A stretch of DNA of 32,000 nucleotides from Zygophlyctis sp. KS116 (Eukaryota > Fungi > Chytridiomycota), in NCBI GenBank assembly GCA_054661495.1, contig BAAFSQ010000095.1, positions 2,621 to 34,620 on the forward strand, given 5' to 3'. Positions 1-10,558 of the stretch are shown here, one piece after another. The notes under the pieces are model-generated. The model was not told the DNA's origin and did no database searches. It saw only the letters and a list, made by a program, of their open reading frames with translations. Positions within the stretch are counted from its first letter, which is position 1, and each line of letters opens with the position of its first letter. A program made the position numbers and the translations under genes.

Positions 1-780
1 CAACAGCACCTTTAGTCACCATTAATTGACCTGTTTTACTGAGTACAACTTTCCCATCTACTTTAATTTCATTTTGAGAAACCAAAGTCTCAATTTCTGC
101 CAAATGCATATGAGCCTTTGTGATAGCTATAGAAGGTCTTAAATCCAATCCTTGATTTAAATAAGAATCAAAGACTTCAGTCACTATATGTCCAAAAGGA
201 TCAATCGACACAATCTTTTTTGGATCATTCCAAGAAGGATAAGGCCCAATCTTTACAACTGGCTCAGTATTGTATAAATTTGGTTTATGATTTGGTGGTA
301 ATTCCCCCATAGCAACTGCCAATGCCCGATAAATCTATTTAAACATTAAAAAAATCAACTTACTGCGTATGAACCACCATGCGCCCCCGTAGCATTTCTT
401 TTCTTTATAGATGAAGTATGTCTAGAAGCAATAATTGGACCTCTTATTTTCGGATCAGAAGATCCCCAGGTCATCGGAATAGGTAAAATCCCAACTTGTC
501 CTGGATATGTAGTCAAGATAACTCGAGACTGGTCACCCGAAGCTTTAATCGGAGAAGTAGCAGCAGAAGATACTTGCAGTACTGGAGATTCTGTTCTATC
601 ATCGGAAGAAGATGAATAGTTTGCATCATCCCTTTCATAAATTTGAAAAGATTTTTTTCTTGGAGTCTCTGATTTCTCTGACAATTTTTGAAGTAAATCA
701 AGAGCCTGGGAAGCGAATGCGTCTAATTTAGTTTCAAGAGCAGTCTGCCTTTGCTGGAGCTGATTTAGTTTTTCTTCCAT
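1..780 (-). CDS. urg1: Uracil catabolism protein Urc1/Urg1 (GTP cyclohydrolase II-like), 5' part; runs off the left edge
   Basis: Shows RVILTTYPGQ..PIPMTWG..DP..RGPII. After a 29-nt GT-AG intron (335-363) the motif GAHGGSYA|IYRALAVA is restored, continuing ..IGPYPSW.DPKKIVSIDPFGH..DLRPSIAITKAHM. These match the Urc1/Urg1 N-terminal domain. Confidence 0.9.
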
Positions 781-938
781 TGATAATTGATCAGTGAAAA
801 CACGAAGATTCGCGTGTGTCGGGCTTAGATTTAAAGACCATCTGATATCATCCAGTCATGCACCGTTTCTCGTAATTTTTAGGGGAATGGCTGTCAAAAA
901 TTTGCTGCAGAAATTGGCCAGAAATAAGCCTGCAGTCC

Positions 939-2186
939 ATGTCTGATCGCTTGCAAGCGATAACTGAAAAACGTCAATCAACTTTGACACGTCGCGTGTC
1001 CGAAATGACAGCGCAAAAGACTTTTGAGAGTTTTAAATGGAATTACCTTGTTATATACTCTGTTCTAGTGTTATCTGATGGTTTTAGAGGCCCTTTTCTT
1101 TGGCCAATATACAAATCGTATGGTATAAATGATCAAGAAATCTATATGTTGTATGCTATAACATTTTTCTCATCAGCACTCTTTAGTTCGATCTCAGGAG
1201 ATATGGCTGATAGATGGTCTAAATCATATACACTTGCATTAGCTTGTATAATAGACGGTATTTCTTGTTTGGCTAGATTTTCATCAGATTTAAATGTTTT
1301 AATTGCTGGACATGTCTTATCAGGAATTTCATTTTGTACATTGTTTCCGATACTAGAGTCTTGGATGATTGATAAACATGAAAAAGCTGGATATTCTAAA
1401 TCTCAATTACAAGAAATTTTGGCTGCAACATCATGGTTATTTGGACTAGTAGAAATATGTTGTGGAATTGGAGCAAATTTTATCAGTAGTTATTATGATT
1501 ACTCTTATTTGCTATATCTTTCTACAATTTTTATGATCATTTCTTTTAAAATGATTCTAGACTATGATTCACCAGAGAATAGGAGATCTAAAAGAGTCAA
1601 AAAAGCGACTCAGAATAAAGGAAATGCGAATAATTCTACCTTAATTGTGATTGGTATAACTCAAGCTGGATTTGAAACATTGTTGACTGTATTCATTAGT
1701 CTTTGGGCTCCAGCATTAGGTAATGCAGCAAAGAATACTAATGTAAATTTTGGATATATTTTTTCTATTTTCATGGTATCTGTAATGATTGGATCTAAAA
1801 TTTATTCATTTTTATCAAAGAGACTATCAGATGGTGTAATTAGTTCAATAATTTTTGCAATATCATTCTTAGCAATGATTGTCTGTGGATTATTTCCAGA
1901 ATCTGTTTCAATTTTGGTGATTTCATTTAATGTATTTGAAATTGCTTTTGGAATTTACTTGCCTTGTCTTGGAAGTCTACGGAGTAAATTACTCCCTCCT
2001 GATCGGAGGACATATTTGATGAGTCTGTTAAAAATACCAGTTTATGCAATTGGTGGGGTCGTATTTCTCTTTATGAATGATATTGAAAAACTTGGTTCTA
2101 GTATAATATGGTTTGCTCTTGCTGGTCTTGCATTAGTCAGTCTGATCTCTTCTTGTTTTCTACCACATAAAAATAAATCTGATTGA
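939..2186 (+). CDS. MFS transporter, MFSD5/MOT2-like (MFS_5 / DUF791 family)
   Basis: Intronless 415-aa ORF with about 12 hydrophobic segments. YLVIY..VLSDGFRGPFLWPIYKSYG, GDMADRW, ESWMI, F.SLWAP and FEIAFGIY.PC.G.LRS resemble MFSD5 family motifs. The true start may be ATG 1005. Confidence 0.8.
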   Translation: MSDRLQAITEKRQSTLTRRVSEMTAQKTFESFKWNYLVIYSVLVLSDGFRGPFLWPIYKSYGINDQEIYMLYAITFFSSALFSSISGDMADRWSKSYTLALACIIDGISCLARFSSDLNVLIAGHVLSGISFCTLFPILESWMIDKHEKAGYSKSQLQEILAATSWLFGLVEICCGIGANFISSYYDYSYLLYLSTIFMIISFKMILDYDSPENRRSKRVKKATQNKGNANNSTLIVIGITQAGFETLLTVFISLWAPALGNAAKNTNVNFGYIFSIFMVSVMIGSKIYSFLSKRLSDGVISSIIFAISFLAMIVCGLFPESVSILVISFNVFEIAFGIYLPCLGSLRSKLLPPDRRTYLMSLLKIPVYAIGGVVFLFMNDIEKLGSSIIWFALAGLALVSLISSCFLPHKNKSD

Positions 2187-2222
2187 TAAGTTTGATAATT
2201 CCTAATCCGGAACGTGTGAAAA

Positions 2223-2902
2223 ATGATCAAACAAGTTGAACATCCTGTCCTCTTACACAAGTTATCTATACTTCGAGACAAGCGAACAAAGCCAAAACAA
2301 TTTCGAGACTTGGTGAATGAAATTACATTAATTCTCTGTATTAAAGCTACGGCGAAACTGGACTTGACCTTTACGAAAATGGTAATTGAAGGCTATTGAC
2401 AATAGTTGGATTCTCCTCTTGCTCCGTTCAAAGGAGTTCAAGTAAAGGATTCTATCGGTATATTCCCAATCATGCGTGCAGGGACTGGGATGGTTGATTC
2501 AATGCTTCAATTATTGCCAATGGCACGAGTATATCATCTTGGACTTTATAGAGAGAAATCTACATTATTACCAGTTGAATATTATAACAAATTGCCTGCG
2601 ATTTGTAATGTTAATATTGGGTTTGTGTGTGATCCAATGATTGCAACGGCTGGAACTGGTATTTCTGCTGTGAATATTCTCAAGGATTGGGGTACTTGAA
2701 TCATAGTAACACTATAGGACTCAAGAAAATTGTTTTTGTTTCGATCTTGGCATCTAAACGTGGACTAGAACTTTTGACTGCAGCACATCCAGACATTGAA
2801 ATTTACGTTGGACATATTGATGAAGATTTAACTGAAGAAGGATATATTACTCCTGGAGTTGGAGATGCTGGAGATAGGCTTTTTAAAACTTTTCATTCTT
2901 GA
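2223..2902 (+). CDS. urg2: Uracil phosphoribosyltransferase, bacterial-like/Urg2 type
   Basis: Exons 2223-2381, 2406-2691, 2718-2902 (introns 24 and 26 nt). Motifs: HPVLLHKLSILRD, PIMRAG, HLGLYRE.STL.PVEYYNKLP, DPMIATAGT (PRPP site), GYITPGVGDAGDR. Confidence 0.9.
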
Positions 2903-2919
2903 AAATACACAATTTCGAA

Positions 2920-4241
2920 TTAAAAAAGTGTTCCATCTGAAATGATTTCAATTGGAGGTCCTTTCTTATCTGGTCGTAACTTTGCAGCCATTTCTCTTCC
3001 TGCTTTCCAGGTACCAGCCTCTAATACTTTTACCAATGGTAACTCTGCACTAGTTTTACCCAATGCAGAACAGACTTGAGCACCTACTTTATCCAAAAGT
3101 GCAACTGTTAGCCCTCTCCATTCAATGATGACTTGGCTATGAACATCAAATCTAGGAATTCCTGTACCATTCCATACTCCTTGTTTTAACTCAAGTACAC
3201 CAGTATCGACAAATACACCTCCATTTCTAAAAGTTTATAAAATTTAGATTACCTATATTCTGCAAGCCCAGTCATATTTTCCAAACCAGTAAATTCTATT
3301 CCAACCAGTGATAATGGTTCTAAAAGTGAATATGTCATCCACTGAGACAATTTATGAAAAGCAATAAGAGAACTAGAGTCTATAGATTCTTTAGAAATTA
3401 TCCCAGATTTCCCATTTTCCTTACTTATTGCAACCATGGCATCACACGGCCAAACATCACCCAAACTAGATCCATTCCAAGATGTTCGAGTTGAAGGCCA
3501 AACACCTGATAGTCCAACCATTACTACCTCCCACAAGATATCAATTGAAACTATAGTTTTATTGAGAGTCTTTGTAGAATTATTCTCCAAAAAATCCAAT
3601 AGATTCCCTGGTCTTTTTGGTCCATCCAAATCAAAATACTTGAACTCTTCAATTACATCCCCTAATCTTATCAAGAGCCCAACTCTTTCAATTCCAACCA
3701 GTGGATTAGAATCAGAAACTTGAAAAGCAACCTTCAAGTCATTTTCAGTCAGAGATTTCAATTTTACAGAATCAACTCTAAATGGTTGACTTGGATCACT
3801 TGATAAACCACCACTCGTAAACCAATCCAATGACGCCAATGCAAGTCCTTCTGATCTATTATAAGCAGTTTTTGGCTCATCTCTAGGATAAAAAACCCAA
3901 TCTGGCCCCGCCCCTGCATCCAGCAGTACAGAGACAATAAAAAGATCTAGGATTCTCTTTACACGCTCCCTAGAGTCTACATGACTTTCTTCCCATTCTA
4001 GCAATAATTTCCCCAGCCTATCTTTCGATCCTGCTTCAAAATGTCTCCATCTAGAATGCGGTGGAATATCATTTGGAGAATCATAGTCTCTCTTGATGAG
4101 ATTCAGGACCATGTCAATGACTTTTGGTAAAGAATCCAAATGGACGTCAAAGTACTTTAAATGCTGAGGAAAAAGAAGCAATTGACTACAAGTTTGTCGG
4201 ACACATTCCAGAGTAGAAAAATATGTTTTCGTCTTGTCCAT
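2920..4241 (-). CDS. urg3: Uracil catabolism protein Urc4/Urg3 (DUF1688)
   Basis: ATG at 4241 and a 26-nt intron (3227-3252). Motifs: IPPHSRWRHF, VSVLLDAGAG..W, RSEGLA.AS, LGDVW, FHKLSQWMTYSL.EP, TGLAEY|RNGG, IIEWR.LTV.LLD, LEAGTWKAGRE, SDGTLF-stop. Confidence 0.93.
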
Positions 4242-4273
4242 TTTGGATTTAATGTGTAGGGCGGAGCGACGAA

Positions 4274-4536
4274 ATGGAATCTTTTTATGATGAAATTGAG
4301 ATTGAAGACTTTGTTTTTGATGATGAAAATCAAGAGTATAGCTATCCATGTCCTTGTGGAGATAGGTTCATTATAACTCTGGTAATTTTTCTTTAATTTT
4401 ATCACAGGAGGATCTGCAGTGTGGGGAAGAAATTGCTAGATGCCCTTCTTGTTCATTAATCTTAAAGGTTATCTATGATCCATTGGATTTTGAGGATAAT
4501 TCAGATGCAGTCAATCTTTCTGCTATAACAGTTTAG
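4274..4536 (+). CDS. DPH3: Diphthamide biosynthesis protein 3 / Kti11 (CSL zinc finger); absent from the ORF track
   Basis: Exons 4274-4381 and 4408-4536 (26-nt intron) translate to [28 protein letters not shown]|[24 protein letters not shown]. Confidence 0.95.
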
Positions 4537-4580
4537 AATTTTTAGTTTTTCAAAATCGCATTTTAATAAAGCATCAACTA

Positions 4581-7362
4581 CTACATATAGTACATTGTCT
4601 TGGTTATGTACTCTGTAACATTCACTAATTTTGCGGGAGCATCTGTACCGCTAGAGTAAGTTGACGCTGTATCATCCATTCCATCTCCTGACAAAAACAT
4701 TCGTCCGTCTATACTATTAATACTAGAAAAATTTACAAGTAGCTGCAAGATGGGCTCGGTAAGAAGGTGCAACAATTGAAATAGATCTAGTCGCTCTTTG
4801 AGATAGGAAACAGAGGTTAAAGCAAAATTGTTGCAAAACATCTGGCTCAACCTTGATTTCATCATAAATCACATGATAAATTGCAGGACGAGAGGTTCCT
4901 TGTATACCGGCATGAGACTGAAGAATAAAGTTGTATTCTGAAGGATGAGTGATATCAGTGTCAATCTAGAGTAAAAAAATTAAAATAAATACCACAGTTC
5001 CAGGACAACAATTTCCAGACTTGTCGGTTTCTGCTCGACTCATTGGGAATAAGCGAATGTGATGTCTTTTGTGAACAATGATAAATGTAAGTTTGCATTG
5101 TCCTTCACTTAATCCTCTAGCTTCCAAAGCTTTTTTAATACCATCTACTTCAGTATTGCGAATAAGACTGAATTGGCCAGGATCTACACCGTCACGGAAA
5201 ACAACTATTCGCTCAGGATATATTCCAACGGCTTCTTTAAATCTATCTAATCCTTGTCCAACACATGAATTCATTTCCGTAATGACTTCTTCACGGGGAG
5301 GTTGTGCCCTTAAGAATGTACTATATCTGCAGGCATGTTTGTCCATCGAAGTGACGATAGCGGAAACAGAAGGTGCCATAGAACCTGGACTTGCATGAGT
5401 AACGTCAGCTCCTACAACCATGGTGGGTTTATCAAACATTGGTAGGGAGTCTACATAGTTTGTAGCACCTCCAAGTTTGCAATTGACCTACATGTCAGAC
5501 TGTAAAATAGTTTACTTTCATTGCAACATTAGCTGCGTATTGATCCTTCACTTGGCGGTCTACATTACGAATTTGTAATACTTGGGACAGAACTCCCGCC
5601 TCTGTAAGCGTGATTCGCTTAATCTCTTGATAAAGACTTTTAGGCTCTTTATCAATAATGCAGACCATCAATTGACATCTACAATTGAACTTTCTAGTTG
5701 CATCTCCAAAAGCACCTTGTAAAGTGCTAAGTACACCTCCTGGAGCCATTGGATCGGATCTAATAAATGATTTAACAAAATATACATTCTAATTGGAATA
5801 TCACGCACATTCAAAGAAATAGCCATTCCAGATCTTTTCCATTTACTCATGAGTTGATCGACAATATTTTCAGCTTCCCCTTGACGAACTTTAGTGAAAA
5901 ATACCACTGCACAAGATGATAAAGTAGGTGTAGAACAAAGCTCAACACCTCTCAGATTCCAAACACCTTGTGATCCATTTTGAGTCCTGTCTCTAGCAAA
6001 AATAATTTGGGGACTTGGAAGAATACGAGCATTGACCTTCATCATATCAGGGGATATCTTCATTCCAATTGATTGCAAGTAAGGATCTTCATTTGGTTTT
6101 AGAATATTCCCAACTGCAGCCTTCAATTTATTGAAACGCGCTTCAGGCTTCTCTACAGTTGCTCGGATCATATCAGAAACTTGATTACCGGTAAGTCTCT
6201 TTTGGTATTTTTGAGCAGGAGCAATTTCAAGGAACTCCATTGGGAAACCAGTCTTCTTATTTCCCTAAATATTTTAATACTCCAAAACAATACCTTGTAA
6301 ACCACTGGAAGATAAGGATACTTGACTTGAATTTGGTAAACGTCTCTAAAATAATCAACAATTGAGATCATTTTTCCGTTTCCATCTTCAAAGGTCACAT
6401 CCTTTGCAGGAAGAGTAGATATAGAAGCAATTTTAAAGCGCTGCTTCATATCTCCTCTATGAGTAGTTCTAACCATAATTCCCTTTAGATCTCTGATTAA
6501 TCTATCCCTCTTTGGACCTTCAAATTCAGAAATATTTCTAGCGCCAGTCACTTCCAAGACATAATCAATCAATGAAATTCCACCACGAAGGAAAACGGAA
6601 GCAGCAATATCAATATTGACTCCAAGGTGTCCAGCCATTAGTGCACGTATAGACTAATTATGAATTTGAGCTAACCCTACCTGATGATATCCACGCCATA
6701 CTGCCAAACCTCCAGGTATATTCACTGAATTAGAAGGAGTAAAGAAATTTGATCCTACTGGAGTGTATAAATTCGCTGGCTGATGATGAAGGAAATTCGA
6801 AAGACATGTCAAAGCATGAAGCGAATTCTTTTCTTGCAGTTCACTCTTTCCTCTAGTAAAATCCATCAAACTATTCATTTCCACATTCGCAACCTTTTTA
6901 AGCTCAATCTTAAATTTATCTCCTCTACCAGGCGACAAAGGGCGACTATCATCTAAAGATAAACTAAAAAATGAAATTACTTTGAAACTCTGCTGTCCGA
7001 TCAAAAACGACCTCAACTTCAACCTTTTCTCCCATCCCACACAAATCAGCAGTAGTATAGCAAGTTTTTTTCCCATCATATGTCAAGTACACAGATCCCA
7101 GATTAGAAAAGTGTCTGCGCACTTCACTTTCGACAAATCTCCAAAGAGGACGAGACACAGCGACTGGCAGATCAACTTCCTTGCCAACCTCATCGACTTG
7201 ATTACTTGTAGATTTTTTGCGATCAAACTGAATGATCTTGACATGATACTGGAAAGCCTTCATATCTTCCTTCAACTTGATCGCAAAGATGTTGGCATTC
7301 AGAGTGATTCTTTTACCCACTTTTCCTTGGCCAGGTCTTTTTGGATTTGACGATTGCATCAT
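4581..7362 (-). CDS. AGO: Argonaute (eukaryotic AGO clade; N-PAZ-MID-PIWI)
   Basis: Eight exons; introns 6953-6980, 6654-6680, 6265-6293, 5760-5785, 5488-5515, 4966-4992, 4709-4736. PAZ motifs: SIVDYF..Y, FPME. PIWI motifs: MVVGADVTH, PREE, FRDGV, KRHHIRLF, PGTV|IDTDITHP, QSHAGIQGTSRP, YRAHLAA. Confidence 0.95.
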
Positions 7363-7441
7363 TTTTACGCTCAAATTCAAATTTTGTTGCTTTTCAGACG
7401 CAAGATGCTGATCTTAAGCCTTGGTTTGTCTGATCGCTGAA

Positions 7442-9110
7442 ATGAGGAGAAAATTGTCCAAGGCTATCCTTGTATTCAATACGATATTATTAATACTATT
7501 GCTCTCCAACAGTAAGAAATTTATTTATTAATATCCAGATTTAGATCCTGAATTGAATTCTGTTTATACTGACTCATGTCCTGATATATCACAATCAACT
7601 CTTTTACTGATTTCGAAATCTATTAGTTCAACCGATCCTGCTGCATTGATCATTAAAACTAGACAAAATTACATTTATAGTCCTGGGAAAATTTGTATCG
7701 GAGCGCTGGTCTATATCCCAGTGATGCTTGATGTTAACTCAAAAAATGAAAAGATGATGGAAGAATATCCACCAGATTCTTTGTATTTGGACATTGCAGG
7801 CTCAAATTTTCAAGTTGTTCCAAAAACACAGTGGTCGTTTCAGCAATATACAATTGATGATTGTTGTATTTTTAGATATTACAAAATTTACGCTGATTTT
7901 AGAGATCCAGATTCTTACAAGGTTAGTGGGTATTTAGAATGTATTAAATTTCATGCTTAATAGTTAGATATAGATTATAAGTGGAATTTTGAGAAAAAAG
8001 AGGATGTTTTCTGGAATCCTTTTCCATTGGTCTTTGTAACTATAACTGACTCAAAAGTTTCTTATTCTCGCTCAATGGAAATAACGGTTGTGGGACCGAC
8101 AATAGACTACCACGACTATAACCAACTTCCATACTGTAGAAACGGAAACGCTTCTGGTAGATGGGTTAAATCACAACTTGTATCATCACAATTATCACCA
8201 TTTCCAAGTGATTTAATGACATCTTTCAAAGATAATCATAATAGAATATGGCTACCTTTTGATTGTAAATATCGGATGCTCTCACACAGTCAATTCACGT
8301 CATTTATGTCTAATTTAGGCCTACATTTGCATTTTTATGGTGATTCGAATATAAGAAGAAGTCTTAAAACTATAACAACTGGTGGAAAGTTTTGTCGTAC
8401 AAATTATGACACATATTCCAAAGAATGTCAGTGCAATGACAAGACGCTAGACGTTCCATATTATAATTTTTCTAAACCAATCAATTATTTTCCTGGATTG
8501 GCGGGATTTTCTAATACTTCTATTTATTTTCACGATTTAAAAGGACTTTTATTATGGAATGGGATTAACTGGAATTCTGATTTGGAAAAGTCTAGATTAG
8601 ATAAACTAATGCTAGAATTGGGGATCGATAAAGTCTTACCAAGTGCGGTGATTGTTGGATTAAGTAAAGATCTATCAAAATTAATATATAGCAAACTGGG
8701 ATGTTGGTTATGATACATTTTTCAACTTTAAGGATCGACTTCCAAATTTCGTGAAACTTCTAAAAACTACATATAAAGGCATACCAATAATATGGAGACC
8801 AGGCCAATACTATTGCTGCAGTACGATCTATCTGTTTTACTAATCTTTTTTAGGAGTTGATCACTCAAAACGAAGCCGAATGTACTCTCGACTGCGATTT
8901 GAAGCATTTAACAACTACGCTTTGAAGGAGCTTTATCGTCAGATCCCAAATCAATTGTACATTTGGGATGTTTGGTCTTTAGGAGCAGCTCAATCTTTTG
9001 AAATTAAAGCAAATATCAGCACTTGTGATTCAAATCATATGTCTATAAATGGAATTGATCTAGAAAATCAAATACTCTTTAATATTCTTAACAATCTCAA
9101 GACTCAGTGA
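7442..9110 (+). CDS. Membrane-anchored SGNH-like (GDS...DxxH) esterase / O-acyltransferase-like hypothetical protein
   Basis: ATG 7442 begins MRRKLSKAILVFNTILLILLLS (signal anchor). Introns at 7512-7538, 7941-7967, ~8663-8690 and ~8821-8852 join the ORFs. Motifs: C...GRW, W.PFDC, FYGDSNIRR, GLTNWD, CDSNH near the C-terminus. Confidence 0.7.
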
Positions 9111-9148
9111 TCACAATCATTTATGTTTTTCTAATGCAAATAATTTCT

Positions 9149-9460
9149 TTAAATGCAACTTAGTCCAGTCCATTCTTGAGTAATGTGATCCTTTTGAGGG
9201 AAATGACGCCTCTGAGGAAGCCTATGACCAGTAAAATCAGGTTTTATATTCTTTGGAAGATGATGCAACTGATCATCTGCTTTAAGGAGACCTGGTATTG
9301 TCCGATCGACTACTGGGGGACTTAGATGTCGGTCATATACAAGTTCATAACACAAATCATGTGAGAACCCAGGAGGCATCTCGGCTTCCCCTGGAATATA
9401 AACTGTTGGATAGTTGGCAGCTGTTGGAGATTGAGGCCTAGAAGAATTCCAATTTTTCAT
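9149..9460 (-). CDS. Small hypothetical protein (103 aa)
   Basis: ATG-started ORF that fills the gap between two genes, with coding-like GC content. No family recognised with confidence. Confidence 0.55.
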   Translation of the reverse strand: MKNWNSSRPQSPTAANYPTVYIPGEAEMPPGFSHDLCYELVYDRHLSPPVVDRTIPGLLKADDQLHHLPKNIKPDFTGHRLPQRRHFPQKDHITQEWTGLSCI

Positions 9461-9534
9461 TCAAAAGTTTCAAGATTTGCTCTGTCGTTTCATACTAGGT
9501 TTATTAGATGCAGATCTTTGAGCCATGACAAAAT

Positions 9535-10440
9535 CTAATTCAAATATTTCAAGAGTCCCAATACTTTTTCATAAACTGTAAATACTATCCCTCCACTAAA
9601 TATAAGTCTTCCTAATCTTGGTGTTGTCCCCTTCCATAGAGCAAAGATTCCATCTTGGCGAATAATCTGTGTAAAGCAATCGAAAGAATTTTTGTATAGT
9701 TTCTTGGCATCTAATGACTGCATGCGTGTTTTTAAAACATCCAAAGGCATAGTAGTATAGACTGTAATAACTCCAGCCGTTGAGCCAGCTAGAAAAGACA
9801 TGTACCAAGGCAGTTGTTGATTTTTGTAATATTTTGAGACAATTTGTTCCTTTATCAAATCATAAGAAGTTAATCGAACAGCAGAATTAGCTCCTTGCCT
9901 TAAAATAACTGCGCTTACGCCTCTATAAATCCCACTTATTCCTTCTTCCTTTATTATAGTTTTTGTCCCTATGATGTTGGCAAAATTAGAAAATATACCA
10001 TGAATTAAACCAGCATATTTTGGTTTTGAACCTAGTGCGTCATGAATCAGTTTAGTCTTGATTGTTTCAGTTGGAGTCACCACTAAGACTCCTTCCGTTA
10101 GTCCAGCTCCCAGTCCAGCAATCATTCTTCTCCCAGACGATAAACGTCCGTCTGAATCACTCAACAAACTCTTAAATTTCTCAAATGATAAAAATCTAAT
10201 TCCAGCCTTGGCAGCAGTTCCGGTTACCAATGCTGACATTCCCTTGTATAATCCAGAGACTCCTTTTGTCTGAATAGTCTTTTTAACACAATCAATCGGC
10301 CCCTGAAAGTTTAGAGAAGATTTGGATTTAGATTGAATCTGAAGAGTAGTTTTTACATATTCTGTTGGATATGTTATTGATGCTTCTATTGCTCCTGCGA
10401 TTGTGCCTGCTGCTAATGAACTGATCAAGGATGTTTCCAT
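9535..10440 (-). CDS. CTP1: Mitochondrial citrate/tricarboxylate carrier
   Basis: Three carrier signatures (YPTEYVKT, TPTETIKTK, MPLDVLKTRMQ) plus KAGIRF, RQGANSAVR and PRLGRL. Probable in-frame 30-nt intron at 9969-9998. Confidence 0.9.
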   Translation of the reverse strand: METSLISSLAAGTIAGAIEASITYPTEYVKTTLQIQSKSKSSLNFQGPIDCVKKTIQTKGVSGLYKGMSALVTGTAAKAGIRFLSFEKFKSLLSDSDGRLSSGRRMIAGLGAGLTEGVLVVTPTETIKTKLIHDALGSKPKYAGLIHGIFSNFANIIGTKTIIKEEGISGIYRGVSAVILRQGANSAVRLTSYDLIKEQIVSKYYKNQQLPWYMSFLAGSTAGVITVYTTMPLDVLKTRMQSLDAKKLYKNSFDCFTQIIRQDGIFALWKGTTPRLGRLIFSGGIVFTVYEKVLGLLKYLN

Positions 10441-10558
10441 TGAATATTAGATTATTTACTTTCCTTTCGTTAGGGTCTAACTCAATGTCTGAATTGCGTC
10501 TATTTGATCCTTGGTTTGTACGATTGTACATTCGTATCAAGATTATAAATTCGTGTAT

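Noticed and set aside
4242-4405. N-terminal extension of ORF 3249..4349 and ORF 4157..4405
   Set aside because: These are antisense shadows of DPH3. Urc4 similarity starts after ATG 4241.
4581-7362. Prokaryotic Argonaute defence system
   Set aside because: The gene has introns, eukaryotic AGO motifs and eukaryotic neighbours. No APAZ/SIR2/TIR partner is present.
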